NCBI GenBank assembly: GCA_002104905.1
Contig: MCFE01000338.1
Span: forward strand, 1-64,000
Source: Basidiobolus meristosporus CBS 931.73
Lineage: Eukaryota > Fungi > Basidiobolomycota
Length of the DNA stretch: 64,000 nucleotides
Reading direction: 5' to 3'
Shown: in pieces, positions 1-12,094 of the stretch
Layout: each line of letters starts with the position of its first letter
How positions within the stretch are numbered: the stretch's first letter is position 1
Translations under genes and position numbers: made by a program
The notes under the pieces: generated by a model
What the model was told of the DNA's origin: nothing
Seen by the model: the letters and a program-made list of their open reading frames with translations, nothing else
Database searches by the model: none

Positions 1-456
1 ACAAGTGTATAGGTAGTGATTGGCAGAACAAGTGGATATGTGGTTTTCACCTCATGATATATTGAATATAAAGAGTATTTATATTATGACATGGTGTTGG
101 CAGAGCAAGCATGTAGAACATGTTTAACAAGGCCCCAAAAGCATGTAAGCAAAGCTTGGGGCTGTTTGGACAAATTTCAACTTTTCATGCTTTAGGTACC
201 TGATGTTTGGTAAGAAGATTTCAAGTAAATCTTGGCAACAAATTTGGTCAGAAATACCTAATATTTGTAGACTGTTATGTAGATGGCTAATTCAGGTGAA
301 TAATTAGGTAATTACAATAAGTACCACTTTTCCATTTTACAAGCCATTGAGTCAAGACCACACAATCTACTTGTTCTCTAGATCACCTGCAGTGGCTCTA
401 AAACTCTTACAACAGTGATTACTGGAGCATTTTTAATGTAATAGTACTGATTACTG
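1..456. mobile_element. CpG-free AT-rich segment, possible decayed methylated repeat/TE relic (family unidentified)
   Basis: No CG dinucleotide in positions 1-456 (first CG at 457-458), TG/CA-rich, reading frames broken by stops. No TIR/LTR or transposase motif recognised. Confidence 0.3.
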
Positions 457-799
457 CGGTGCAACTAATAATATACTACATAAGGGTGCACACTAGTATA
501 CAGCTGGGTAGAGTCTTCGCAGAGCATATAAAGTTTCTTAAAGGCAGGGTAAGTATCCAATTTATATTCATGAGTTATATGTGTTTGCTAACAGTGACGA
601 GAGTACTTGACTCCTTACTAGCCTCGGTAGCTGCCAATGCTTGTCTAGCTTCCAAGTACGGTATGGTGATATCCAAGAATTCCATCTCTTAATAACAGCA
701 AATACTTTGAATTGAAAGAATATGGAGCGTAACTGCTACACAAAGTAGATGGAAGCTTTATTGGCATAGTATCATTTACGAGGACGGAGCAATCATGCA

Positions 800-1516
800 T
801 CAGTATCCAACCTTCTTAGTTGACAGGGCAAATACGTGAATGTGACCTTTGATACCTTTCTGGTAGGGATGGACGTCATAGACTTCTTTAGCTGTGGGGA
901 ACTCTACATAGGCAATTTCTTTGCTAGGATCAAGATCCACTTCGGCAATGTAAATTCGAACATCACCACCATTGGTTGCAGCCAATCCGTTGATTGCAAT
1001 CTTGTTCCCAGGTGCCAACTCAATTTTCCATTTCCAGTCCGAGGAGCCCACTCTCTCCACCTGGGTGGTACAATCCGTATAGACGACCTTGAACTTCCCA
1101 CCAAAGTTGCCCATGTCGCTTGACAAGAGAAATCCAAGTCGAGTGGCTCCCGGTACTGAGGTAACCTTAACCTTTTGACCACCTTCGATCCAGTTATCCT
1201 TCTTGGCTTTACCCCAATAAGGCAGAGTAAACTTGTAACCATTTACTTGGACAACTTTTCCGGGACCCCAACCAACTTTTAACAATGAGGAAGCCTTATA
1301 TCCAGGCCCCCATTTGGCCACTACATCAAAGTTTGCGGGGTCCGTTTTCTGGTCTAAAGAGATGGCCTTATTATTGAATGGAGCTTGAGTATTGGGCGCG
1401 TCGCATCTCTTTTCCTCCTCGTAAGACTCCCCATAGCCTCCCTCTTCACCATAATCACCACCTAGTACAAGCTGAGCGGTAGCAGCAAGAACAATCAGCG
1501 AGTATAGGAAGCGCAT
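800..1516 (-). CDS. Secreted 238-aa protein: signal peptide, acidic propeptide ending in KR, then a beta-sandwich module resembling accessory domains of actinobacterial glycosidases
   Basis: Intronless ATG ORF; hydrophobic N-terminus MRFLYSLIVLAATAQLVLG; EEEKR dibasic site; motifs FNNKAIS, ANFD, GATRLGFL, SDW, LDPSKEIAYVEFP, HVFALS. Family match from memory. Confidence 0.8.
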   Translation of the reverse strand: MRFLYSLIVLAATAQLVLGGDYGEEGGYGESYEEEKRCDAPNTQAPFNNKAISLDQKTDPANFDVVAKWGPGYKASSLLKVGWGPGKVVQVNGYKFTLPYWGKAKKDNWIEGGQKVKVTSVPGATRLGFLLSSDMGNFGGKFKVVYTDCTTQVERVGSSDWKWKIELAPGNKIAINGLAATNGGDVRIYIAEVDLDPSKEIAYVEFPTAKEVYDVHPYQKGIKGHIHVFALSTKKVGY

Positions 1517-3004
1517 GTCGATATATGGCCAAAGAGGAGGGTCGGGAGTGAAGGATTCGGTGGGAGGTAGCCCTAAACCAGGATTGAACTTCCCTACTTA
1601 TACTGAACTGGAAGCTCACCAATATGAGACAGTGTAGCATGCTACGTTGCTGTTTTTATCAGCATTGCGGGTAGCAGGAGTAGGAAAAGTGGTGCTTGCA
1701 GGAAGCATTGAAGGAATGTGAAGATACATGTTGGTCCAGTTGAATATGGTTTCGAAACTGTAAGGCTTGATCGAGTCAATGAATAGACTTTTGATACAGT
1801 ATGGCCAGAATAGGGGTAAATCTACCGCGTTTGAATCAGGTTATGCCGGTTTCAGGGTTAGCTGGCCAATAGCAGAAAAGGGTCGTTTGGTTTGCATTTA
1901 GCGCACCAGTGTGGTCAGTATCAATTGTTAGAATGTAAAGGGTCCCTCAGAGCGTGAGTGCCTCTTCTGCGAGTACCGCGACGTGAACTTGTCCCTGAGT
2001 CTGAGCCTGAAAAGACGGTGGCCTTGTCCAGAAGTGTTCCACATTCCCCTGTTTATTCCTGGTGTGTAACTTTGAGGTGAGGACCTTTCCCTCTAACACC
2101 CTCCATGATCTCAACGGTGTTGTACCAGATGTTGGAGAATAGCCCCCTCTCAACAGACGTCACAGTGAAGATCAGTGAGCCCACCTGGTTATAGCCTGTA
2201 GTTGAGTGGGCGTGCTGCAAATCTTTGTATTTATAACTAAATCATTACATCAACTTCATCATTTTGATCATATATCGTGAAATTTACTATTTCCTGGCAA
2301 AGCTCCTCACTAGGATTTGCTTCACAAATTTTCATGTTCTGAGCACCTGACTCGATGGTGAAAAGTTGTCCAAAAGCGCCTCAGCCTTTACACAAATGCT
2401 TTTGGACCTTCCGGGACATATCCAGTACAATATCTTATGCCAAGACCATGCCAAAGTATATACTAACACATGTATATTGAATAAATCAATAATTGAAAGC
2501 TGTATAATTTATTTGATCTCCTAAATACCTCTAAAACCTCCAAGACTCTCACAATGATTCGAAGTATTATCTGTAGGCCAAACCATCCTTATACATGATG
2601 AATATGTGAAGCACTAATATATAAGGAACTCCAAGTGAATGGCATACATCAAAAGCTATAAGCTGGAGAAAGATGATTTATCAAAGTATTGTAGATACTT
2701 GCTTACACTCATATTACTCAAATACCCTATGTTTTTGCTTAGCTCATTGCTAATCACTAGGCCATTAAATCAAAGGTTCGGAATATCCTTTGGTGCCCCT
2801 ACTGCTTTGTACCAGCGCCCCAGAACAATTAGCGCGGAAGTATTCTTTGAGTAATCGTGGAAGACAGTTGACCACGATACATAGCACCATCCACTCGACC
2901 GCATGCAACGTTGTTATCAGGAGCAACAAGGAACACGCTGAATACGCTATTAATGTAGCTGTCGAAACCAGCAGTGCACTTTTTCAACATATATGCTTCT
3001 CGTC

Positions 3005-3083
3005 TTCTTCATTCAATTGATTTTGCCATAGCATGACTCGAATTCTTCATTCAATTGATTTTGCCATAGCATGACTCGAATTC
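3005..3083. repeat. Perfect 38-bp tandem duplication (2 copies plus 3 nt)
   Basis: TTCTTCATTCAATTGATTTTGCCATAGCATGACTCGAA at 3005-3042 and 3043-3080. Confidence 0.95.
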
Positions 3084-3239
3084 AATACGAGGTCAACATG
3101 ATCTAGAGATTTTATTCGCCTATGAGATCAAAATAATCTCTAGTCGATGATGGATGAACACAGTTCCCATGTTTGTGACAAATTCAAATGCATGTGTATT
3201 GGACTCTGATGATAACCAAAGCATAGGGTTGAGAAAACT

Positions 3240-4502
3240 CTATACCTTAAGATTGAAGAACTGATCACGAATCTGTATAGCTCGAGAAACTCCTTCAACG
3301 AAGACACCGTCCATGCCAAGCTCGAAGAAGTAACCAAGCTCTTGGCTACGAGTGAAGGTAGCGCATTTTACAATGCACCCAAGCTGGGAGGGCTCATGGC
3401 CATCATAGAATGTATAGCCAACTGCACGTAGATTACGCTTGTGGATTTGATCAATCAGCTTACGAGGCTGGATGTAGCCTCCATGTTGTCTCACCACCTT
3501 TTGCTCGATTTCAATCTTCTTGGACTTCAAGATATCCTCCATGTTCGAGTAGAAGAACTCCTTCCAGGGCCCTACATATGTGGCAAAAGTGGCAATATCA
3601 TCCAGTCCTTTCGGTGTCAAGGCCAGACCATTGGCCATGACCAATACCAGGACATCGTGGTCAGAGTTCTGACCCAAGTATCTGGCAGATTCCACTTCAA
3701 AATTCTGTAATACCACATGACCACGAGGAACGGCAACATTGTCATCGCGGATGATATGGGTGGTATTCTTGATCTGGCTTTGATGCCGAGGGTAGCCGAA
3801 TTTCTCAAGCGTATCCAAGACCAGGTTTTCGAAGTAATGGGGCGTGTGGCTTTGTAATTTGTTGTTGTGGTCGGGATGCTTCAACTCGGGTACAATCCCT
3901 TATTAGACAATGATCAGGAATGATTAGACCATGCGTATTCGTTGTACTATCAAACTGGGCTTACCAATTGGACGATTGAGCCTAACCGAAAGGTTTTGCA
4001 CAAGCGTGAGGTACTCCTCGAAAGTAGGCATTTCGAAGATGTTGTCGAAATAGAGTGGGCGCACCCCCACTTTGGCTTGGCGAACCTTCAGGGTCTTAAG
4101 TTCGGCTAGGGTGAAATCCTCAATGAACCAGTTGTTGGTGAGTGTGGTTTGGATTCCATCCAATACGTCCGTCAGGTTACGCTTTCTATTGGCAAATTCC
4201 GGATGATCAGCGATGTCTGTAGTGGCCGATAGCGACAAATCATGGTTACAAATCAAATGGCCATCTTTGGTGAGAGTGAGGTCTGGCTCCACATAATCTG
4301 CACCCTCGATAGCTGCCAAGTAGTAGGATCCCAATGTGTGCTCTGGCATGATTGCTTTTTCGCCCCGATGACCAAAGACCAAACTTGGCTTGCCATCCAA
4401 AGTCTTCCACTTCTGAGAGTGACGGTATCCAGTAGGGGCTGCATTCGAGAAAGAAAGCGCCGAGATGGAGAGAAATCCTGCAATGGCAGTCTTTAGAAGC
4501 AT
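3240..4502 (-). CDS. Secreted glycerophosphodiester phosphodiesterase (GDPD/GlpQ family), 2 exons
   Basis: Signal peptide MLLKTAIAGFLSISALSFSNA; GHRG, EHT, EPDLTLTKDG, NHD motifs; intron 3964-3899 joins RPIG|IVPELKHPD. Confidence 0.92.
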
Positions 4503-6491
4503 TGTTGAGAAGATATGGAACAAACCTCGAGAGCAGCAGTATTTATATCTTACTAATATTGCTTAACCGCTGCCTTTACCCCAGTCAGGTCAGTTGGTGG
4601 CATCAAGTATAGATTCAACAGAACATCCTATTTAGCAAGACTTATACAAGATTGGGGCAAACAGTGCCTACGTGAGAGTGAGAAGAGCCCACGTGTTGAA
4701 GGCGTGTTGATCCTCAATTTCTAATCATGGATTGAGTTGTCACTTAGCTATACAGCACATTAGCGAATCAAGCACAAGGAATTTGCCATTCACCACTTAT
4801 ACAACGTACAAAATGGATTGTTATTGATGGCTGATTTCCATACCAGACACCTGGATGATCGCCTTAGCTCAAGTGGAGGACACACAAAAAGCCTTACCAA
4901 TTCTACACAATGTTTAACAGGAGAAACCTTCATTCAAGAAATGGAATGTGATTCAGAAATCCACACGAAAGCCACCAGTTGCTGTGCGAAAGCACCTCTA
5001 CATCGGAGGAACCAGTTAGGTGATAAATATTGAGACCCAACCAAGCACATATTACCAATTAGGCTTTATTAAGCTAGAACTTACTAAAAGTCCTGGCCTT
5101 CCTAGGCGAATCCATTCTGTACAGATGCTTGATGTACATCACCGTTGGTGGCTGAAACAACTGTAAAATTTTTCCCTTCTTTCTGACAAACTTTAACTCT
5201 GATCTTTTCATTTCTCGCATATCTTTAAACCAGACTGACACCCTTGAGCATCACGTGATCCAAACTCGAACTAATCATTCAGGATTGATCAAACACGTTT
5301 CCGTAATCACAGTACCTGATTTACCCGATCAGCCTAAAGGATATTATTCCCAACGGTTTCAAGTACAAATTCAATGCGAAATTAATGATCAGGTAACCCT
5401 TAAATAAGTAGTCCGGGTTCCGTTTGACAAACTAACAAGAAACCAGTCCTGAATACTCGTGATGTTGCATGGCCATGGCCATAGCCAAGCTCTTTATTCT
5501 TTCTTCAGTAATAAAATTGGGATTATTATTATTTGTTTACTCCAGCCGGCTTTCACTCGCCCACAGTATTCTGTTACAACATCTGCCAAGTTTTCAGTTT
5601 CCTGGTCGATTCCACCTGAAGGATTCAAATAACGTTTCATCTCTGTGTACACCATGGCTCCGCTTGATTTGGGCAAAAGCGAAAATGTCTCTTGTGGGTT
5701 GGTTTAGTTTGGAGAATTGAAAGTCAGAAGCCAACTTATTTTGGAAAGGAGTAATTTGCCATCGTAACCTATTTCAAGCTGAATCCCAATGGGTTTGGCT
5801 TGATGTTACACACTTAATTAAAGAGGTGGTTTGTTCGGAGTTCATCCTGCTTTATCGAGTAGTGAAGTTACATATGTGCAATGTCTACAATCACATTGTT
5901 GCAAGTATTGGTTCTCGGTAGGTACTGCAGTTAGTAGAGGCCTAGTTAAGTCTAAAAATGCAGGGGAGCTGCTGTGGGGATTCTTTTATCGAAACTGGAA
6001 AGTGTATGATTTTTGTGTTCCATGCATCTCGGGCAGTGCGGGATGGACCTTATATAAAGACAAGCAATGAGGAAATCCAAAAAGCTGAAGTATGCGGGTA
6101 AGCTGTGCAGAAAAGCAGGTCTTTTTCTTATAGCTATTTTTACTGAAGCCTCAGACACGATCAAACGAAGCACTCAGGGCCGGATCTCTCCTCACTACTG
6201 CTTCTGTTGACTACTTAACGCTTGGATTTCCCATCCCATTTGTATCATAAATCTTCCTGGGTATCACCACTACTCCCTCACCTTGTTGCTTTGTTTGAAA
6301 GCTCTCCGGTATCGGATATTTATTGGAAGATATATATAAGGATCTATCTGTACAGCCGGCGCTTGCAACCCACTTGGATCCTTTTCTCCTCTCCAGCAAC
6401 GATTTGTTGAATAGATTGAGGTTGTTTTACCACTGAATCACATACCACATCAAGCGTGATCTTGTGTTCGTGAACGTTGTTAATATTCACC

Positions 6492-7559
6492 ATGAGCATC
6501 TCGAAGATGTTTAATCTGAAGAAAAACAAATCTTCAGCTCAATACGAAAGGGTTGGCCCTCGTCCCGACAATGGCTACTCGTTTTTTTCGGTCAGGAAGA
6601 TCATTTTGCTACAATTGGGAGTGCTACTTATTGGAGCAATATTGTTCAGTCTGGTCTTGTTACACGAATTCAAGGAGGAGATTTTCTGTGATGGAGGTAA
6701 GTGTATCAAACAGTACGGTCTGGCGAAGTAACCTTACTGACTGACTTTTCCAGAATGCCAAACAAATACCAATCCCAGCGATTTTCGGTATACTATCGTT
6801 ACTGCAGCAAGCTCAAACCATTTTTGCCCGTTGCTCGGATTTCTTTACTCCCTTCACGACACCAAGATGTTCTTGAAGAAATCGGAGCTGCCTAGAATCG
6901 TGGTATACGATCTCAATTTGGGGGAGGAGGAGCGCTCCAAATTGCAAGTTCTGAGGGAAAAAGGCTATCTTCACCAATTGAAGGAGTTCGATTTCGCTAA
7001 ATATCCTCAATTTTGGGATGTAAACAAGAGCCGAGGTGAATATGGCTGGAAAGCTGGCATTATCAACGAAGTTGCGGACGAGTTTCCTGGGACAATCCTT
7101 TGGATGGACTCTGGAAACCGAGTGTTTCCTCACTTTCTCCGCAAAGCTGTAAAATACGTCGACGAACATGGATTCTGGAGTCCTGTTAGTAGCGGAAAAG
7201 TCAAAGACTATACGCATCCAGGAGTGTTTGAATACTTCAAGGATCAGATGACAAACTATGCCGAGCTCAGGAACTGCAACGGAGCACTGATTGGCATCAA
7301 TTCTTTGAACCAAACGGTCATGAATTCCCTTGTTCGCCCTTTCAAAGAGTGTGCCTTGGTCAAAGATTGCATTGCACCGAAAGGCTCAAGTAGGGCCAAT
7401 CATCGTCAAGACCAAGCGATATTGACTTATCTAGTTCATGTAAACGAATGGCGCTGTAGTTCAGAAGGTTGGACCGGCTTCTTGATCCATCAGGATGGAG
7501 ATTGTGAGGAACGCATCCAGCAACATGAGAGTCGTACGGCAAGTTTGAGAGGTGTTTAG
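6492..7559 (+). CDS. Type II membrane protein, DUF1647-like (GT-A-like), 2 exons
   Basis: N-terminal TM; intron 6697-6753 gives DG|ECQTN...TIVTAASSNHF; motifs VVYDLNL, YGWKAGII, LWMDSG, NHRQDQAILT. Confidence 0.75.
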
Positions 7560-8066
7560 AGTGGTTGCTGTATCTTTGTGAATACCCACCAACAATTATC
7601 TCTGACGCTATTTGTCTATAAAGTTCCAATTTGTCACTAGGAAAATTCAAATAAATGAAAATAACTTTTCAATTGTAAACAGAACAAACGTATGTCCATC
7701 ATCTTGTGTAAATGCTCAGTTAAAAAATCATGGCCTGATAGCGGCCCTCCAGATTAGCCTAATTCTTGATTAAATTAACCTGATGCATGGCTTGGCTCTT
7801 GTGGAATTTCTCGATCGAAGTGATATTATTTATATGGAAATCAATGCAGTATATTACTTTTAATCAAACAATCAGTTTCAAATATGACATACTACATAGT
7901 TGCCAAGCTTAGCCTACTGCCCAGAGTTGATCAGAATAAATTGATCATTACTGAATTCAATGACTGTTCCCTCGCCCGCAACGATTGCTCGTATTTTTTA
8001 CAATTCCAGCGGTCACTTGGTCATTATAACCTTTAACTTCTTTTTCTCGGCCAGCCTTATCTACAG

Positions 8067-9440
8067 ATGGAGCCGGAAGTTAAATCCAAAAAGCCAGCAA
8101 GTAGGTTTCTTTCGAAGTATTAAGTCTTCTTTCCGTTCTTTAACTCGCGTACTTCAACAGATACTGCTTTCAAGCAGCAAAGATTAAAGGCCTGGCAACC
8201 AATTCTCACTCCTAAAACTGTCCTCCCCACTTTGTTTATCGTTGGAATTATTTTCGCCCCTATTGGTGGTTTGTTGCTATATGCCAGTGACAACGTTCGT
8301 GACCTTACAGCTCTCGGTCTAGAGTGACTTTTATTGACATTACCTTGCATAGGTCAACGAGTTAACGATAGATTATACCAACTGTATCAATGCTGGTGCT
8401 ACTTTCCAAAATATTCCGAAATCCGACTTCTCCGCCTCTTTCAGCAAAGCTGGTCAAATGTCTGTACCCCAATATCGAGTAGAAAACGCATCGCTTCGTG
8501 GAGGAAATCCGAATGGCCTACCAGCTTACCAGTGCCACATTCAATTTGAAATCCCCAAAGATCTCAAGCCTCCAGTTTTCTTGTATTATCGTCTGACCCA
8601 CTTTTTCCAAAATCATCGTCGCTACGTCAAAAGCTTTGATGTTGAACAATTGAAAGGTTCTGCCCTCAGTGCCGGCACTCTGTCCGGAGGAAGCTGCGAT
8701 CCGTTAGCCGTTGCCGCGGCACCAACCCCCGAGGACCCAAATAGAAAATTGCCGATATATCCCTGTGGACTGATAGCTAACTCGATGTTTAATGGTAAGC
8801 ATAGTTATATCTCGTTGCCAGAAGGACGCACCAACTTACTTTTGCTATGACAGATACTATATACGACTTGACCCTTGACCCTAATGGCGCTAAACAGCCA
8901 TATACCTTCAGTGCCAATGGAATTGCTTGGAAATCGGACTCCGCTAAATACAAGAAAACCAGCTACAAACCGAATGAAGTCCTTCCACCTCCTAACTGGG
9001 CCAAACAGTACCCTAATGGAACGTACACGGATGCTTATCCACCCCCTGATATTTCCACTGACGAACATTTCCAAGTTTGGATGAGAACCGCCGGTTTACC
9101 CAATTTCCGAAAACTCTACGGCCGCAACGAAAACGAACCGATGAAGAAGGGGTTGTATGAGGTAACAATTGAGATGAATTTCGATGTAACTCGCTTTGGT
9201 GGATCAAAGGCTATTGTTATTTCCACGGTCTCATTCCTCGGAGGCAAGAATCCATTCCTTGGAATCGCATACATTGTCGTGGGGTGTGTTTGTGTCTTAT
9301 TGGGCTGTATATTCACTGCACGACACCTGTATAAACCTCGTAAACTTGGGGACCATTCTTACTTATCCTGGAATCAAAACAACGGGCCATCCTCATCTGC
9401 AGCTATTGGCGCGCAGGGCTTTAATCTGTCTGAACGCTAA
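8067..9440 (+). CDS. CDC50: CDC50/LEM3 family phospholipid flippase beta subunit, multi-exon
   Basis: Spliced KKPAN|TAFKQQRLKAWQPILTP; YYRLTHFFQNHRRYVKS, PCGLIANSMFN, VWMRTAGLPNFRKLYG, LGGKNPFLG. Confidence 0.95.
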
Positions 9441-9859
9441 GGCGGCCACGCACATATCCTTACTCATTCATTACCATTCTCAATCAGTAATGTTTCCTCA
9501 ACTGAATTATCCGTGTTTTTGAAAATGTTTTTGTGATTTCCTTGGTTTTCTCGTATGTACAATGAAAGTATTAAGGATTCCTTCTATCCTACTTGTTCAA
9601 CATGTCACCCGGAAGGATATAGATGAGGGATGGAAGCATTGTTCCAACTTTCTTTGTTGTTTTTCCTCATCATTCAATAGCTATCTAATAAACGTGAAAT
9701 AAAGGTTTCATAGCCAGAAGTGTGTTCTATAATAGTGGATTTATTTCAAGGCAACGAGACCTTGTCTTTCGCAACAAATTTCCTGGAATAAAAGGAATCT
9801 TGATGGGTAGGACTTGGATAAATTTGTTCCGTTTATATACTCCTAATTGTTCCATTCAC

Positions 9860-10510
9860 TTAACTGAAGAATGTGATCAAACTGAACACAAGAGCCAACC
9901 CAAGGCTGGGAATGATTGCTTGAGAATTTCCGCTTGACTGTTTGGCGGATGCAACCTGACCAGTACTAGGTTTCGCGCCAGCAACGCTGAGAGTGCTGCT
10001 TGGTTTGCTACTTCCACTTGCTGCGGCAGGAGCGGAGGCTGCTGTGGCTGAGTTGGTTGCACTGGTACTTGCGGCTGATGGAGTTCCACTTGCTGAAGAG
10101 CTACCAGCAGGAGCGGCACCACTGCCTGCGCCGCCATCAGTTCCAGCAGCAGCGATCTCGAAGTATGGGCTGTATGCTACATTTGGTGGGGAGCCAAAGC
10201 GAATGGCATACTCCTTGCCTGGGGGAATGGTGGCTGGGATGCTCCAGGAGTACTGACCGGCTGCTGAGTCGGTGTTGGGTGCGATGGGACCAACTAGCTG
10301 AAGGGCAGTCAAAGGACCACTCATAAGGTCGATGTTGAAGGTGGCAGGCATGGGTGACCCATCCCCGTTATCAGTCCAAGTGATGATATGAGTCGATCCA
10401 GCAGGCCAGGTGTTTCCCAAGGGACCGGTGATGGCTACTCCAGCATCGACATACTTTGCTGCGATAGCCAAGACAAGAAGAGCAGAGGTGGAGAAAGATG
10501 GAAGTTTCAT
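9860..10510 (-). CDS. GPI-anchored Ser/Thr/Ala-rich cell-surface protein with Kre9/Knh1-like N-terminal Ig-like domain, copy 1
   Basis: Signal peptide, ITWT..FNIDL..GQYSWSIP..YAIRFG..YSPYFEI domain, S/A/T linker, hydrophobic C-terminus. Confidence 0.85.
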   Translation of the reverse strand: MKLPSFSTSALLVLAIAAKYVDAGVAITGPLGNTWPAGSTHIITWTDNGDGSPMPATFNIDLMSGPLTALQLVGPIAPNTDSAAGQYSWSIPATIPPGKEYAIRFGSPPNVAYSPYFEIAAAGTDGGAGSGAAPAGSSSASGTPSAASTSATNSATAASAPAAASGSSKPSSTLSVAGAKPSTGQVASAKQSSGNSQAIIPSLGLALVFSLITFFS

Positions 10511-10896
10511 TATAATTCAGATGTTCAGTATGATATGGATTTGGTCCACACTGAGGGGAATTTTATATGGTTGACTGTCACCGACACAAAACGAGATTTG
10601 TTTTCAAACTACATGTATGCATGCATAACCACGAGAAATTACATGACTTGTGTGGAGAAAATTCCTATGAACCTTTGAAAACACCTTATGAAACTTGCGA
10701 TCTTAATTCTCATGATGCTAAACGTTAGCGGCAGGTCAGCTATTTGAGGATATGTATGCAGATGTCTGGCGATGTGAACGGCTCCTGCCAAGTAAATCAT
10801 GGTTTTCAAGAAACTGGTAATTATTATCTCAATTGATTAATTTATTTCATTTCTTTATCAGTGGGAATCAAGTTTGCTGCATCACATCTATACAAT

Positions 10897-11577
10897 TTAG
10901 GCAAAAAGGGCAGTTGCCGAGCTGAGCACAAGTGCAAATCCTAAGCTCGCGAACAAGTTTAGGGTGTTGCCGCTATTTTGTTTGATAGCTGTGACCTGTC
11001 CAGTTGGTGTAGACTTGACACCACTGATACTTTGAGCACTTGTTCCTAATGGTTTAGCAACTCCACTGGTGCTGGCTGGAGTAGTAGCCGATGTAGCTGA
11101 TGTAGCTGATGTAGCCGAGTTGGTTGCCCCAGTACTTGCAGCTGATGGAGATCCACTTGCTGAAGAGCTGCCAGCAGGAGCGGCACCACTGCCTGCGCCG
11201 CCATCAGTTCCAGCAGCAGCGATCTCGAAGTATGGGCTGTATGCGACATTTGGTGGGGAGCCGAAACGAATGGCATACTCCTTGCCCGGAGGAATGGTGG
11301 CTGGGATGTTCCAGGAGTACTGGCCGGCTGCTGAGTCGGTGTTGGGTGCGATGGGACCAACTAGCTGAAGAGCAGTCATAGGGCCAGTCATAAGGTCAAT
11401 GTTGAAGGTGGCAGGCATGGGTGACCCATCCCCATTGTCAGTCCAAGTGATGATATGAGTCGCTCCAGCAGGCCAGGTATTTCCCAAGGGACCGGTGATG
11501 GCTACTCCAGCATCGACATACTTTGCTGTGATAGCCAAGACAAGAAGAGCAGAGGTGGAGAAAGATGAGAGTCTCAT
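10897..11577 (-). CDS. GPI-anchored Kre9/Knh1-like protein, copy 2
   Basis: Near-identical N-terminal ~120 aa to copy 1; divergent linker with ATS repeats; hydrophobic C-terminus. Confidence 0.85.
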   Translation of the reverse strand: MRLSSFSTSALLVLAITAKYVDAGVAITGPLGNTWPAGATHIITWTDNGDGSPMPATFNIDLMTGPMTALQLVGPIAPNTDSAAGQYSWNIPATIPPGKEYAIRFGSPPNVAYSPYFEIAAAGTDGGAGSGAAPAGSSSASGSPSAASTGATNSATSATSATSATTPASTSGVAKPLGTSAQSISGVKSTPTGQVTAIKQNSGNTLNLFASLGFALVLSSATALFA

Positions 11578-11805
11578 GATAGTAAAGTGAATAATACAAG
11601 TGCTTGTAATTCAATTGATAGAAGTGATTTCCTCAAATGGAAGAAATCCAGCTATTTATATTCGAATTATCAAACAGGGCGATCAGCAACTCAAGAGATC
11701 GCCTGAGGATTGTTTTAAATCTGCATGAACACAAGCACTAAAATCGGGAAAACCTACATCAACAACATTAGCGTTACACTAAAGAGATTTCTCAAGCAAG
11801 CAGAC

Positions 11806-11882
11806 TTCAAGCACTGATTAATACTTCACAGACTTCCAGCATTTCTCAATGTCTCTCAGATTCAAGCATTGATTAATACTTC
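11806..11882. repeat. 22-bp direct repeat (21/22 identical) upstream of GPI gene copy 2
   Basis: TTCAAGCAYTGATTAATACTTC at 11806-11827 and 11861-11882. Confidence 0.85.
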
Positions 11883-12094
11883 TTAGACAGCATCGGTTGA
11901 TACTTTTCAAACTTCAAATGAGATGGTTTGTTTAATACTTTTCAGGGCTCAAATGGGATTAACACCTGTTTGTTACAGTATAAACTTTATTCAAAAGCAT
12001 CGTGCAAATTCGGAATGGGGATACGTAAGTGTTTTAACACTTTGCTGGGAATATTGGAAATATATATTCGTCTAACGTAGTTAGCTTAACACAT

